From positions 12,056,468 through 12,120,467 of the forward strand of contig CAVNZM010000004.1 in assembly GCA_963693365.1 (NCBI GenBank): a stretch of 64,000 bases of DNA, read 5' to 3'. The DNA comes from Amoebidium appalachense. Taxonomy: Eukaryota > Protista > Ichthyosporea. This document shows positions 47,636 through 61,649 of this stretch, in pieces. The notes below the pieces were generated by a model. That model was given only the letters and a program-made list of their open reading frames with translations. It was not told the DNA's origin and did no database searches. Within the stretch, counting starts at the first letter, position 1; each line of letters begins with the position of its first letter. Made by a program: the position numbers and the translations under genes.

Positions 47636-48590
47636 TGGGTGCATGCGTGCGTGCGTGCATGCGTGCGTGCGTGCGTGCGCGCGCTTGCGCGCGCGCTGTG
47701 TGTGTCCTGGTTTTCGTTTCTTTCTTCTTTTTTGTGGAGAGAGAGGGGAGAGGGGGTGGGGGGGGAAGGGGGGGGAGGGCAGAGGAGGGGGTAGGGGAGG
47801 GGAGGAGTAGGTTACATACTGTCCATAGGCACGGAAGAAGAGCGGGATTGCTGCGAGCAGGAGAGGCACACACAGGCCAATCACAAGCATCTCTTTGACC
47901 GTCTTGAAGAACATGAGGTTGGCCTTGTCACCAATCACCGACCACACGTACATGCTGATCATGGCGGGGGGCCAGGTAACAACTAAAACACTGAATGTCA
48001 CCGCAAACCCGAAAACCATGCACACGTCGGTATGACCGCCAATATCCGGGTACAGGAGGGTGTAGATGACTGAGGCGAACCGTGCACTTCCGGAAATTAA
48101 GTCGGAAAACGCAATGAAAGCCGGGAAATATTGCATCAGCGAGAAGTTGGTGGGGTGGCGCCGCCGCAGTTTGTAGGTCTCCCAGAAGATCCATAGGCAG
48201 GAGATGGCACTGATAACAATGAACACAAGCGACCCAATCTGTGTTCAGAATCTGTGTTAGTTTCTTTCGTAATATTAATTATCATTTATTCGTATAACAA
48301 TTACAAAAAGGGTGGGCAAAAGGGATTCATTAGAAAGGTGTTGAGAATTTGTGAGTGTGAAATAATAAGCTCTCGAGAAAACATGGACTATGAAAGGTAC
48401 AGTGAAGGACGCCGGGGGGGGGGGGGGGGGGGGGGGGTAGTAGATGCATGCGGGTGAACTGCATGAACCACTCAGCTTCGAAACATAATTATATTCATGT
48501 TTTTTATGATGCTGTATGTATTAATAATTATAGGTAATTACGTACCCATCCAAAAGCCGGTGCAGAAAAATAAGATCTAAAGGCTGACAT
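44985..48590 (-). CDS. Seven-TM GPCR, cAMP-receptor-like/Git3-like, at least 4 exons
   Basis: Exons 48590-48546, 48238-47820, 46751-46328 and 45545-44985 in phase. Seven hydrophobic segments, IAFSDL in TM2, Cys at the start of TM3, YGQAGSWCGI in ECL2, FIIEWTP in TM6, GLLNAIFY in TM7. Extra small exons in 45550-46320 cannot be excluded. Confidence 0.88.
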
Positions 48591-50651
48591 AGTGTGCAGT
48601 TGAGTGCAGATAAAGAGAGCTCATGTGTTCACACGTCTACATAGTGCACGTGCACGTCCTTTTAAACACACAAACTTTTCAGGAAGTTTGTGCACCCACA
48701 GTGTCATGTTTCAGTGTACACAAATCCAAAAAAAAAAAACGACATTCGAAACTATCCGGAAAATAACGGACCGTCAACTCACAAACGCTGCAAACTCGAC
48801 ACATTCAACCAGACCTGGTTCTGATAGGCCTGGCACACTACATACCATTTTCGCGTCTCTAACATCTTAGGTGTACCTAGCGGGGGAAATGATTAGGAAA
48901 CTCACAAACAACTTGAAGAAAATTTCGAAGCAGGTGTCTTAGAACTTATCAAAAGCATTAGACTATCAAATTTAAACAGCAGAGCAACAATGAGTTCAAG
49001 TAACCATGTGTCTCATCGGAAAATATCAGCCCCAAAAAAAACAGGCACGCACCTTTCCAGTTAAGAATTCCGCCTCGGAAAGCCCCCCGTACTTGGTCAT
49101 TGTGCCCTTCCCGTTTAAACAACCTCACAGGGCGAATTAAGTTTTGCTCGTCGACGAAGTGCAGACATACAGTACAGAGTCACCCGTTTCACTTGTTTTG
49201 AGTGAGTGCCAATGCTTGCAATACAAGTTTGATACCGTCTCGTTCACTCAAGAAGCCAACGTGTTTTCCACGATCGGTGCGAACTTAGTAAGCAGCTTGC
49301 CCCACACGGCACACGGCCGAATCTTCAGTGCACGGTCCACACACCCCTGGACCGAGTTTGTGCTTTTTTCATGTCACGAATAATGGCCTCGCCATCGCCT
49401 ATACGAACTAAAGAGGACTGACTCCTTGCAACACAACTGCAGATGTGGCCAGTTTATGGCGCCCTCGCGCTTATATAACCACCGTCCCCCGCTGCAACGG
49501 TTTATGCGCAAAACGTTTGCAGGAACTCTCTAGAAGCGTGAAGCACACAAGCTCAGCAGGTGGACAAAAATAGCCGCAGCCATGTGCCGCGTGACCTGAT
49601 GAGTCCGACCCAGTCAATACACAGCCATAACATTCTTGCTTGCATTGCTGTGTTTTCCACGCCTACGAAACTCACGAACATCGTCGACATCAGTGCATTC
49701 TCAAGGGATCTTTGCCCCAAGGGGCTCAGTGGGGGGGGCGTGCTCCTCATCTGAGTTGCTCACTTCTGTTCCTATTGTCTTCCTTTTTCAAGGTACCAGT
49801 CAAATAAGTGAGGAATACCTTTTGTCAGTCTGCTCGTTTACCTTACTGAAGCACAACGGCGATGGAAACAAGAGTTTACTTATTGTGTAAACTAACACTC
49901 TGTTGGTGACCACGGTGTTCACACGGGACCTGGTTGGCTCTGCGCTCACGCGAGCTTCGGAAGCTCAGTGTTTCTGTTACAGTAGCTCACGTGCAGCTAG
50001 GGCGGCCTTGTTTACATTCCTACGGATGATTCCGGCATTCCATGGATCTCATCAACCATTTATAGAAACTTATGGCAGAAATATATCGGTGCCAATCTGG
50101 TCAATCACGGGTTCTTGCGTTTCATTGGGTCTGTTTATCCAATCATAATGAACCAATGTAATACTTGAAGACAAGTTGAAGTCTTGAATGAGACTCTTGA
50201 TCTGAGAGGAATTTGCTTGAACAAGAACATGCACGACGCAGTGAACGCACTCGGGAGTAGAGACCTGTGAAAGCAGTGCTGCATAGGGCATTTTCCTCCG
50301 TGTAATGCCAAATAATCCATCCCATTTGCTTTGCTTTGGATATCTGCATTCGATGGTATGCCTGAATCTAGCTAGTGAGGCCGAACGTAAGACTATCCAG
50401 GTGTACATATTGAGTGCATACTGAACTTGCAATGCGTGGTGGGGGGCGAAGAGGGTTGGGGGGGGGGGGGGGGGGGGGGGGGGGGAAGAGGGTAAAGGGG
50501 CGGCGGGAGGGAGTAGACTGACCAAATGGCTTTCCTGCTTCCCCCCTCCCGCCCCTCCCCTCCCCCCCCCCCCCCCCCCCCCCCGGGCCCCCCTGCGCCA
50601 AAGGGGGGAGGGGGGAGGGGGGAGGGGGTGGGGGGGGGGGGGTGGGGGGGG

Positions 50652-50960
<309 letters not shown>

Positions 50961-51018
50961 TTAGTGAGAGATTTGGGCCCTATGGCCGGAGGAGTTTGAA
51001 ATCAGTTTTTTTTTTTTT

Positions 51019-51049
<31 letters not shown>

Positions 51050-51344
51050 GGGAGAACACTGTCAGGGGCGGCATTCTTTAAAGCTGTAACTTATCGGGAT
51101 TTTTGACGGCCAGGAGAGGAGGGAGCGATCTATTAACATACAAATTGCAGACTCCCCCAGCCCCGCCCCACCCACTTTTTTTTTTCAAATAAAAAAAATT
51201 GATAGACCCCCCCCCCCTGGGGTTTGAAGCTGTCGGATTGAAGAGTGATCAATACCTTCCCTAGTGACACACAGACAGTGCACCCATTTAAAATTTGCTT
51301 TATTAAGTTACTTGGAAGAGTGAAGCTCATAAAACCCGCGCCCT

Positions 51345-51376
<32 letters not shown>

Positions 51377-51760
51377 CCCCCTCCCCCCCCCCCCCCCCCC
51401 CCCCCCCGGCGCTTCAGGCAACCACCACCACACCACCTTCTCACCGTCATCACAGCGAGCACCCGTTTTTGAAGTGACATGCCCAGTATACACAGTCAGG
51501 CACCCCAGCAATGCTACTGAGCTCTTGAACTGCAACTATAGTAACTCACACCCCGAATCGGCCGTGTAATGGGAATAATAATTTATTTTGTCTCATTTTC
51601 ATATTACTGAAAGCCCCTCCGAGTCGTTTTTGGTAGGCTATTTCTTTATTTTTTTTCTTTCGTTGTCCCCCTGAATCTTCTCTTTGATTTCCTCCTCTAC
51701 TGCTTCCTGCTGATATTTTCTTTCTTTCATTCTTTTCTCTACCCACCTCCTTCCCCCACA

Positions 51761-51793
<33 letters not shown>

Positions 51794-52164
51794 ACAAAAC
51801 ACACACAGACATACGTGAACACACCAAGACAGAGAGCGGGGGGGAGGGGGGGGGGGGGGGGGGATAGATAGAGTGGGTGGAGAGAGAGGGGATGGAAAGA
51901 GGGAGACGGAGGGGGTGGGATCCGGAGGGAGGCGGACTTTTTTTTCTGGGGGGGGGGGGGGGGGGGGGGGGGAGGGGGCCCGGGGCCGGGGGAGGGGGGG
52001 GGGGGGGGGGGTTGATTTGTGTGGGTAAACTGAGAAGCAGAGAGCACAGATGGGTGTTATGTTATACACAACACAGCGACACACGGGAGAAACACAACCG
52101 GAGAGGTGGAACGATTACGATTACTGGGACCATAGGAAATGAATTTGACTGCTTGGTATTTATT

Positions 52165-52371
52165 TCAAGATGAAGTTCCTTCGGCTTGTGCAATTGCACG
52201 TGTGGTTGCGTTGTTGATTGTGTTGTTTGCGTTTACAAAACCCTCAGAAATGATTGCTTGGGCTTCTTGGGTAGTTTCCTGAAACTTGTCTGTGGCCTCA
52301 TTTACTGTGTGCAGTGCACTATTCAACGCCCCAAGTGCAGCTGCCTGCACCTGGACTACTGGCTTGGTCAT
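52165..52371 (-). CDS. Possible small helical protein (68 aa), unknown function
   Basis: ATG-to-TGA ORF with Ala/Gln/Asn/Thr-rich amphipathic-looking sequence and a CAG acceptor-like site 27 nt upstream. No family recognised. Confidence 0.35.
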   Translation of the reverse strand: MTKPVVQVQAAALGALNSALHTVNEATDKFQETTQEAQAIISEGFVNANNTINNATTRAIAQAEGTSS

Positions 52372-52841
52372 GATCGGTGGGTTTAATATGCATTCAACCT
52401 GCCTATATGACTAGGATGTAAAAACTAGCTATACAAGACTGCTTCGAACTAGTTGGGGCCTTCGTATGTTTCTGCTCGTTTATCGACATAGTCGGCCACA
52501 TGAGTCCTTTGCATACCATGCGATGTGCGGCCGCCGCCTATCATTGGCCCTGACGAGCTTTGGGCGGTCGTTGAAATCACGGCGAACCACTGTTTTGTCT
52601 GGGAAAGAGATCGAAATACTAAAGATAGGGGGTCTAAACTGACCAGATAAACCCGATTACTCGTCCTACTATGTATAGGACCCCTTGGTGCGCTAACATA
52701 ATCCCGAAAAATGACCGAGGTCAGTATGTTAAGATTTTTGAAAATCGGCGTCGACGTTATGTTGTGCGCGGAGTATGTTACGCGCGGACGCATACTGTAT
52801 CTGCAAAACGTCCCCCCCCCCCCCCCCCCCCCCCCCCCCTT

Positions 52842-52873
<32 letters not shown>

Positions 52874-54115
52874 CAAACACAAAAACAAACAAAAAAGAAA
52901 GAAAAAAAGAGCGAGAGAATCCTTGTTTCTCGTATGTTACCAGCACGTAAGCAAGTATTTTATTCATTCACAATACATTGTTAGGTATGTGAGTCGGACA
53001 CCTTTGGTGCCAGTCATCATTCCGAGAAAGATGATTTCCCATTGAAAATAGGTGGTTTTGCTATCGGGACCAGTCTTCCCTTCACCTTTTCACATGGTTA
53101 TTTTGTTCACACCAGTTTTGTTAGGATCCATGATTGAAAAACGATCGCTAGGTCTAGATGTGTGTAGGGAGCGTGCAAAAGGGCTGCATAACCTGTAAAA
53201 TTGTATAAGTATTTGGGACGGAAGCAGAGACACAGTGGTGCATTGTGAAAACACCACAGACACACAACAACAAAACACGGAACGATCGGAGCAGTGTACA
53301 CAACAGACATCAATGTTTAGACACGACTGAACTAAATTTATTTCGATCTTGTATATATACTCGAAATTCCCTGAAGTCAAATCCATCCGTGATTTCCGAC
53401 CAGTCGGAAATCCGATCTGTCTCTAATAGAAACCAATCACTAAGAACTAATTGCTTTCAGAGAGATCTGGCACGCGGATATGTACACGATAGGGTACAGA
53501 CACTAGCTAAGATCAACTCGTGTCATTATCAAGGAAGTGAGGGAAAGTTCTAACCTATGATACACTGCAAAGACTCAGACATACCACACTTAACCTTGAT
53601 GATTGGTTAAAGCTCGGCAACACATGAAAACTAAAGTAAATTAATGAAGTCTGATCACACATGTCAACCTAAGTGTAGCCTAAGTGTGTTACCGTCCAAT
53701 CAACACATATTAAGTAACACAAATCTATCTAACATATATAGTAGAAAAGAAATACGATTATACATATGAAGACAAGGAGAGAAAGAAAAGAAAATAAGGA
53801 AGGAGAAAGAGAAAGGAGAAGAGAGCACAGATCAACAAACAAGGTAGTAATAGTATAACTATATAACTAGAGATATTTATGTACACACGAACATGTACAC
53901 GTCTCTCCCTGAGTGGGTGGATCCGTGTACACACATATAAATATTCTGGCGATATTACAATACACGATTAAAGCCGATACAACACGATTACAAGTATACA
54001 AGCATATCGGAGATCTTTGCTACACTTTACATAATAGGAGTGTGTCATTTACTGTATACTAAGCATATGAACTGAAACATAACACAAACTGAAAAGATCT
54101 TACCTAATGTAGATA

Positions 54116-54739
54116 CTACGTATTACAACATGCGGTGGTGGTGGGTGCAGTGTGTGTAGCAGAGGGTGTTGTGTTGGTGGTGGGTGTGGTGTTGTGCCTG
54201 GCTATGTTTCCTAGTTGTTCTTTCAGAAAGGCTATATCCTCCGATAGTTTTTCGAACTTTTCCGTGGTCTTGTTGTGTCCCAAACCTTCCACTGCACTCT
54301 CCTTTGCCGCGCCTTGGATACCTATGACCTTCTGTATACTGGCGTTGACGATGCTTTGCAACTCCTCTTGCCGTTTCTTCTCTTCTGCTTCCTTTTTCCG
54401 TTTTTCCTCCTCTATACGCCGTTTGTTGCCTTCCTTTTCCTTTTCGAGCTGGTTAAAGGCGTTTCGGATAAAACCGAGTGGGTCGGGGTTTTGGTTTAAG
54501 TCTGTACCGGGTGGTGGGGTGGGTTAAGGTTGGAGTTGGTTGGGTTGCGGGTTAAAGATTGGTTGTTGGGGGAAAGGGATGGGTGGTGGAGGTAGAAAGG
54601 CCGGAGGCCCTACCGGGGGTTGTGCGTGGTTGCCGTAGGTGCCGTGGCCGTTCGGGTTGAGACCGGGAAGTGGTGGCTGGGGTACTGGTGGGCGGGGGTA
54701 GTTGTTGGGGAAGTTGGGGTTGGCGTGCCAGTGTGCCAT
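54116..54739 (-). pseudogene. Intronless Pro-rich plus coiled-coil ORF interrupted by one in-frame TAA; possibly the ORF1/Gag-like remnant of a mobile element
   Basis: The ORFs at 54524-54739 and 54116-54361 are the same frame and read continuously across the TAA at 54526-54524 (QLQP*PTPPPG...EEEKRKKEAEEKKRQEEL...). The surrounding 3 kb lacks G/C tracts. Confidence 0.5.
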
Positions 54740-54957
54740 TCCGTGGCTCCGAAGTGTTGGTGTGCGTAGATGTGTGACGTCGTGTGGTTTATATATAGGC
54801 TTAGTTCACTTGTGTGCGGGTATACGTACGTACGTGTGGGGTTTATCTTGGGGTGTGTGGAGTACGCTAAGGTAAGTTTGGATAGTGGTATGCTCGTTTT
54901 TGTGTGGCCCCAGGGGTGTGTGTTTTGTTTTGTAAGGTGGTGTGGTACAAGTATAGT

Positions 54958-55035
54958 GAAACGAAAACGAAGAGGAGAGGAACGAAACGGACACGAAACA
55001 CGAAACATGAAACACGAAACACGAAACAACGAAAC
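54958..55035. repeat. Imperfect 7-bp tandem repeat (ACACGAA)n
   Basis: ...acacgaaacacgaaacatgaaacacgaaacacgaaacaacgaaac, about 220 bp upstream of the interrupted ORF. Confidence 0.85.
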
Positions 55036-56323
55036 AACCCCAACGCGCCGAAGCTGCTTCAGTCCGGCATTAGGTGAAAAATGACAGGTGGTGTATTTTG
55101 TAGTGTATTCACTGTATTTTCGTATACTTATGTTGTGTGTCGGTGTTTGTAGGTGTACAAGAGCAGACCTTGTAAAACCAGCTATGCTATAAGGTGCTCA
55201 GCCAACAGTAGTTACACCAAAGAGGGATGAGGCCTGGGGAGGCCGTCACCACACCCCCCTATCTACTGTGTGGTCTAGAATGGATCTAGTGGACTAGCGC
55301 TAAAGTCCCTGCCCCAGGCGCCCTTATAGCTAAGCGTGCTGGTGTTGCCGGTGTATGGCGTGGAATTGATAGGCTGATAAGTGCATCAATCCGATTTGCT
55401 AAGATCTTTCACGGTTGGCAAAATCGACACAAATCACGTGTTCATAACACGTGCGGACACATCGGAACACGCCGTTTTTTTTTTTTATGAGACACAAAGA
55501 AAGACATATGTACATGTGCTTGGTGCATCTTTGTCCACTTTGGCCGCCTTTAATGTTTTTTTTTTATTTTTCAAAGCTGGTCGATTTTGGCCTCCGGGTG
55601 AACGGCTCGGGGTTAAGTTCTGGTTTGTTCCGTCATGTGCTGACTGAGCCCACGAGCAGTTAGGTCAAAAATCTACCCTGGCTAGTTTTTCAACGCCCCA
55701 AAGGCACGCGATCAGCGCTATGTACCGCAATGGTGCTTCTTTGAGTGAGGATGACTCGAAGCTCTACCACATTAAAGCCATGTTTACACAGCGTTTTTTT
55801 TTCCCCTTTTATTTTCTTGATTTTACTCGGCTAGTGATTTCTTTTTCTTTTTTTGTCTTCTACTTCTTCTTTTCGTCCTTTGGTTATTATCTTATTTTAA
55901 TTTTAATTTTATTTGTTTTTCAACTTATGTAATTGTTGGGGGGGAGGGGTGCAGGGGGGAAGGGAATGGGGTGTGGTTATTTTCTGGGAAGGGGAGTGGG
56001 AAGGGGAATAAACGGAGAGATGGGTTTCGTGCCAATTTGCTCGTGAAGGAAAAAGGTCAGCAGGTCGTACAGGGGATATGGAGATGTAATACGCAGGTGT
56101 ATTTTTGTTTAACAAGCATAGTATTACACATGTTAATGAAACGGTGTGCATGTTTTTCAAGAGAGAATGTGTTCGTACGCTATGAACAGAAGCTCGCTTG
56201 GTCATACATGCATGTAGGAAGAGGAGATGCATGTATCTGTGACGAAGAAGGGGTGGGGTGGTTTAATAAGGAAAAGAGGTGACACGTGTATTTATTTCCT
56301 TCTTTTCTTCTTCTTCTTCTTCC

Positions 56324-56389
<66 letters not shown>

Positions 56390-56902
56390 ATGCAGCATCT
56401 TCACCATCCGAACACATTTAGAGAAGGAACCAATCTGATATTTCATTTCAGTCGCCAGTCCATATACCAAAACACATACACAAGGAATATCATATATACA
56501 CATCTGGTACCCACCGGGACACCATATGATCATCTAATCTATGTACAGCTTCGAATTCACGACACCCTATTGTCATGCAAAGGCTCATTCCGAATGAAAT
56601 TATTTTCATGGAACTGTACTGGTGTTGAAATGCTCATACAAACTAAGAACCCACCTCCCCCCCCCCCTCCCTTCCGGGCACAAGACGGACAAAGAAGAAA
56701 AAAAAGAAAAAAAAAGGAAGCAAAGGCAGTTCGACCGTGAGTCGTGCAAGCTTGACCTCATCATCAAATCTATGAACCCGATCCCTCCCCCCTCCCTCCC
56801 CTCCCCCCCCCCCCCCCACCCCTCAAAAAAAAAAAAAAAAAGAAAAGAAAAAAAAAGAAAAGGAAAGGAAAAGGCATACACAAACACGCACACATGCACA
56901 CG

Positions 56903-56973
<71 letters not shown>

Positions 56974-57204
56974 ACACAAACCGTACACACAAGTGCTCAC
57001 ATACACACTTCGCGCAAAAATGCATGCACGCACCTCTCTCTCCTCCCCCCCCCCCCCCCCCCCTTTTCCTCCCCCCCATCACACACACACACACACTTCC
57101 ACAGAAGAACATGAGTAGCAACAGTTAAAGAGATATGAAAGACATTGAGCCAACACGATGAAGCCTTATTGAGATCTTGGTGTCTTGGTCCCACGTGTAT
57201 TGAG

Positions 57205-57891
57205 TTACATGCCACCTGGAGTCCTGCACAGGGGTTACAATAGGGTCAGTAGTCGGCAGATGTGTGTGTTCATGTGACTGCATTTGTGTAAGTGTGACTG
57301 TGCATGTGGTGTACGTGTGTGTGGCTGTGTCTGTATCTGCGCCTGCGTGTGTTGTGTGTGTACGTGACTTGCTTGTGCTGGGCGCGTGTGCCTGTGCGGG
57401 GCCGTGTGTGCGCACACGTGCCACATTTTAAACACACAGAGCACTGTACCATAAATTTCCTGGGCATCGGAACCCCCCCCCCGCCAATCCCCTCTCCCCC
57501 CACTCCCCCACCTCCCCCCCTCCCAAACCTACCCCTACACCAGCTCTTTACACACATGGTGAGCGCACACAAGAATAACAGATACGCTCGCTGCACACCG
57601 CTATTTGTTTACCTCCACGAAAGAAATGAATTATAAGACATAAAGTTTGCCAAAGGACAGTGTGAGGGGTGAGGCATAGCTAGGTATGGGGCAGGAAACA
57701 GGACAAGGCGGTGGTGCTGGTGTGTGTATGTTTTTTTTTTTGTTTGTTTTGGGAGGGGGGGGGGGGGGGGGGGGTACGAGGGGCATTCAATGATCTAGTG
57801 ATCAAATCAAATGAAGCACCGTGGATGGGGTCAGATATGGATGCAGGGGAGGGGAGGAGGAGAGGGTAGGGGAGAGGGAGATGTGGGGCGG

Positions 57892-57931
<40 letters not shown>

Positions 57932-59282
57932 GGGGGGAGGGGGGGGGGGGGGGGGGGAGCACACACCCAGACAGTTTTTCCTTCAGACGGTCAGCCAGCC
58001 CCATGGCCACATCAAACACCTCCCCTGCATAGGCCTGTGCCTGCGCTCGTTTTAGCCCATGCGTCATCGCCTGAGTCAACAAAATACCGTCAAAATCAAG
58101 CGAAATTTCGCAAAAACACCGATTTTCCTTCAGGTCCCGAGCCTCGTAATCCTGTCCCGTGCGGATTGTGGCCCGCACGTTCATGGGACCAATCCACGTC
58201 TCCCGCATTGTGATATGTCGCACGTGGAACACGGTGCACCGTTTTGCCTCCCTCGCATCCTTGATGGGGATTGGACGATGAGTGCGGGAATCGATCTCGA
58301 TTGGTGAGGTAATGGTCCTTACAGGCCCAGGTGTATGAGGGAGGGTTTCGATCATGCCGGGGGGGAGTGGGTCACATGTTTGCACCATCAGTCTGGAATC
58401 TACTACCACATTCCTTCGTGTTCCGTTTCCGCTGTCGTGACCAATCACAGTTGCCGAAACCCAACGTAGCGCCCTCTCTGAATAGCCAATTACATCTAGC
58501 GACGCATTCATCTTCATGCATATTTCGACGTTTCTAGTCCCCGCCAACGACACCTTATATGTTTCGTGCTGATTTGATTGGCTGACTTGGCTGCTTTGGC
58601 AGAAGCCTGCGGAAAGAAGTGTTGCGTGATAGATCTGTATTAGTGATCGAATGGAGGTGTCGACGGGTTTGTTTTCAGGCAGGAATCCAGAGATGAAGGT
58701 AGAGAACGCCCCTGGGGTCTTACGTGCTCTCAGCTGCACGCTGGTCTTGGGGGTCCTTGTGGCCACCCCACCCTGCAACATATCTCCATTAGTTCTGTCT
58801 CTGCATCCCCCCCCCCCCCCCCCCCCCAAATGCTCATCCTCTCCTTATCCGGCCCTCCCCTCTCCCCCCCCCCCCCCCATCCCCTCTCCTCCCTTCTCCG
58901 TCCCTTCCCCTTTCCCTCCCCCGTCCCCACCCTTTTCCCATGCAAACTTCGTCTGTGCCCTTTCTGCCTCCTCAAATACCTGGCTACGTACCCTGAAATC
59001 CCCGATCACACGACGTTTTACTTCCCTTAAGTTCCTGTCCAACAGCCCCCCCCCCCCCCCCCCCCCCCCCCCCCCTTCCCCCCCCCCGAACCTCTCCCTC
59101 TCTTCTCCATCAAAATAACTGCAATTTACGAAATGGAAGAAACAACAAGCTGCCGGGCCGTTGCCCGTTGTTCTACTCCCCCCCCCCCCCCCCCCCAACC
59201 CTCACAAAAAAAAAATAGCAAAAATTAAAGTGAGCCCCTCCTGCATTCCCTCTAGCACCCACAATCACCCCCCTCCCCCCCC

Positions 59283-59319
<37 letters not shown>

Positions 59320-61614
59320 ACACACACACACGCATGCAAACACACATCCAGGGCCCCTTCCCCCGGATCTCTGCCGAATATATTTTGCATTCATTCTCCC
59401 CCTTCCTCCCCCCCCCCCCCCCCCCCCCCCTTCTCCCCGAAAATAATAACTCAAATTCTCCTGAACCTCCCCCCCCTCCCCTCCCCCGCCCCCCTTCCCG
59501 CCCATACACCACCAACACCACGCTCCTTAAGTGTGCATGCACCACCGTCACCAGCCCGTTAAACTGCCTCGTTTCTAAACATTGAAGTACACTAAGCTAT
59601 CAAGGTCGCACATCGTTAATGCACCATCCCCCCCCCCCCCCCCCCCCCCCCCCCCCACCTTTCCCCTAACTTCCTCCCTCCCTCCATCCGCTTCTCCCCC
59701 TCCTCAACTCCCCCCCCCACACACACACAAAAAAAATAAAAACGGGCATTCCACTTGCTCCTTCGCCAACCGCATTCTCCTCAACCAATGCCCAAATAGC
59801 CACATGTGTGTGTAATATGCATGTGCATGAGAGATAGAGGACACCCACCATACCAGGCTGCAGCTCAGCCAACCCCTTCCTGTCATGCCCACCACCTGTA
59901 CCTCCAGTTTCGCCCTCCTCCCGTGCATCACGTTTTTTCTGGAGAATTCTCTGTGTCACCTTCCGCCCCTTCCGTATCAACGCCTCCTGTAGCTCCCCCA
60001 CACTCATCGTACTCGACGTCTCCCTTAACGCTCGTTCCGCGTCCAAAACATAAAACCGCCCAAATTTCGCCTTAATCTGGAGGGAATTGCAGTGGCTGGC
60101 GCTTGAAAACGGAAATTTCTCCATTTGGAGAACAAACGCAGCCACAAACCGAGACCTTGCGGCCTGTTTCCAAAACCCAACGTCAATATCGGATGGCTGG
60201 GCTACCAGTGCACAGTTGTGCATGGTGTGCCCCACGTGGTGCAGATGGAATGCAGTCACGTGTTCTGTGAACTCCAATCGGGCGTCGGCATCCACAGCGT
60301 TTTCAGCCAATAGCAGAGTAGCACCCTCCATGAAGTATTTGTTGGCGTTGGTTGGCGGCGGGCCAAATTTGGAAACCCCATCCTCCAATCGCAATAGCTC
60401 CTCACGCACGCGGTTGATAGCAGTTGCCGGGCCGCGGGCGTGGATTTTGATTCGTCCACGGCCAAGGACTTCCACCAATGAAATTTCTGCGCCTGTGAGG
60501 CGGGCAAGACGCAGCTCGTAGAAATCCGTTGTGCCTGCAATGCGGCGGCTGAGCGGGCCACTCAGGCACCGTTCGTAATCGGCATTCTGATTGGTGGAGT
60601 CAGCCAATCGCATGGCCTCAGTGACGTCACGGGTGGCTGCCAGTGCGTGCCACATGCGCCTTGCATGCTCACACACAGCCTTGACCTGGTCCTGTGGTTG
60701 TATTTGGGGTTAGCTGCCGGGTTTTCCTTAAACGTATGGTGGAAGTATAGTAGGTATGGCTGGGATGAAATGGAATGTCACATAGGTACCGGTGCAATAG
60801 AACGGCAGTAAGGTTATGTACAAAAAACAGAAAAGGCTACCCAAGTGAATCGGGGAGGGCCGGGGGAAGGGGGGGGGGGGGGGGGGGGCTTGGAGGGGGG
60901 AGAGGGGGTTAGAAGGTGAAACAGATTACAATATTAATGTGCATATTCACGACCAAAATGCAGGACTATGCAAGATTAACCTCTTGAGGACCGTAAATTT
61001 CACGAGATCGAGATCGAGGTCACCAGCACTGGGACGACCAAGTTTGTGCTCTATTGTGAACATGAAGTCGATAGGAACTAGCCAAATAAAAGTTGCACGA
61101 GACTAGATAATATACTAGGCTTATGCTTCGTCTTATGCAAAAAAAAATAAACTTCACTCTAATAACGATACCTTGTATACTATGTGTAACTACAAGGGGT
61201 GTTTGCGGGCTTGACGAGTCAATGACGACATCGAAATGCTGTCAATGCAATCTTCTGATTGGACCATTGTGAAAATGGCTCAAAATCGCAAGACACGATT
61301 GGCCGGCTCAGTCGAATACGATGGCAACTCCAGGATTCTCTCACAATCTCGAAAGTCACTTCAGAAACAGATATAAAAATATACGAAATAGTGATATTTT
61401 CCTCTAACCATCTTGTAACGTTTGTAGGTAAGGCATATACCTGTCGGCATATGCAATTTATTTGAGCTTTTTCTATCGATTTTGAGCTGCAATAGAGTTG
61501 TTTAGGTCCCAACCGGGACCCGGTAGAATCAAATAGGCCGGTCCTCAACAGGTTAACCACACACTGAACATGCATAAGTAGTAGAGCCCATTCTTCGGGG
61601 GAAAGGGGTTGGAA

Positions 61615-61649
<35 letters not shown>

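Noticed and set aside
54524-54526. Stop-codon reassignment (TAA read as Gln)
   Set aside because: The well-supported genes contain no in-frame TAA/TAG; a single case in a likely mobile remnant is better explained by mutation.
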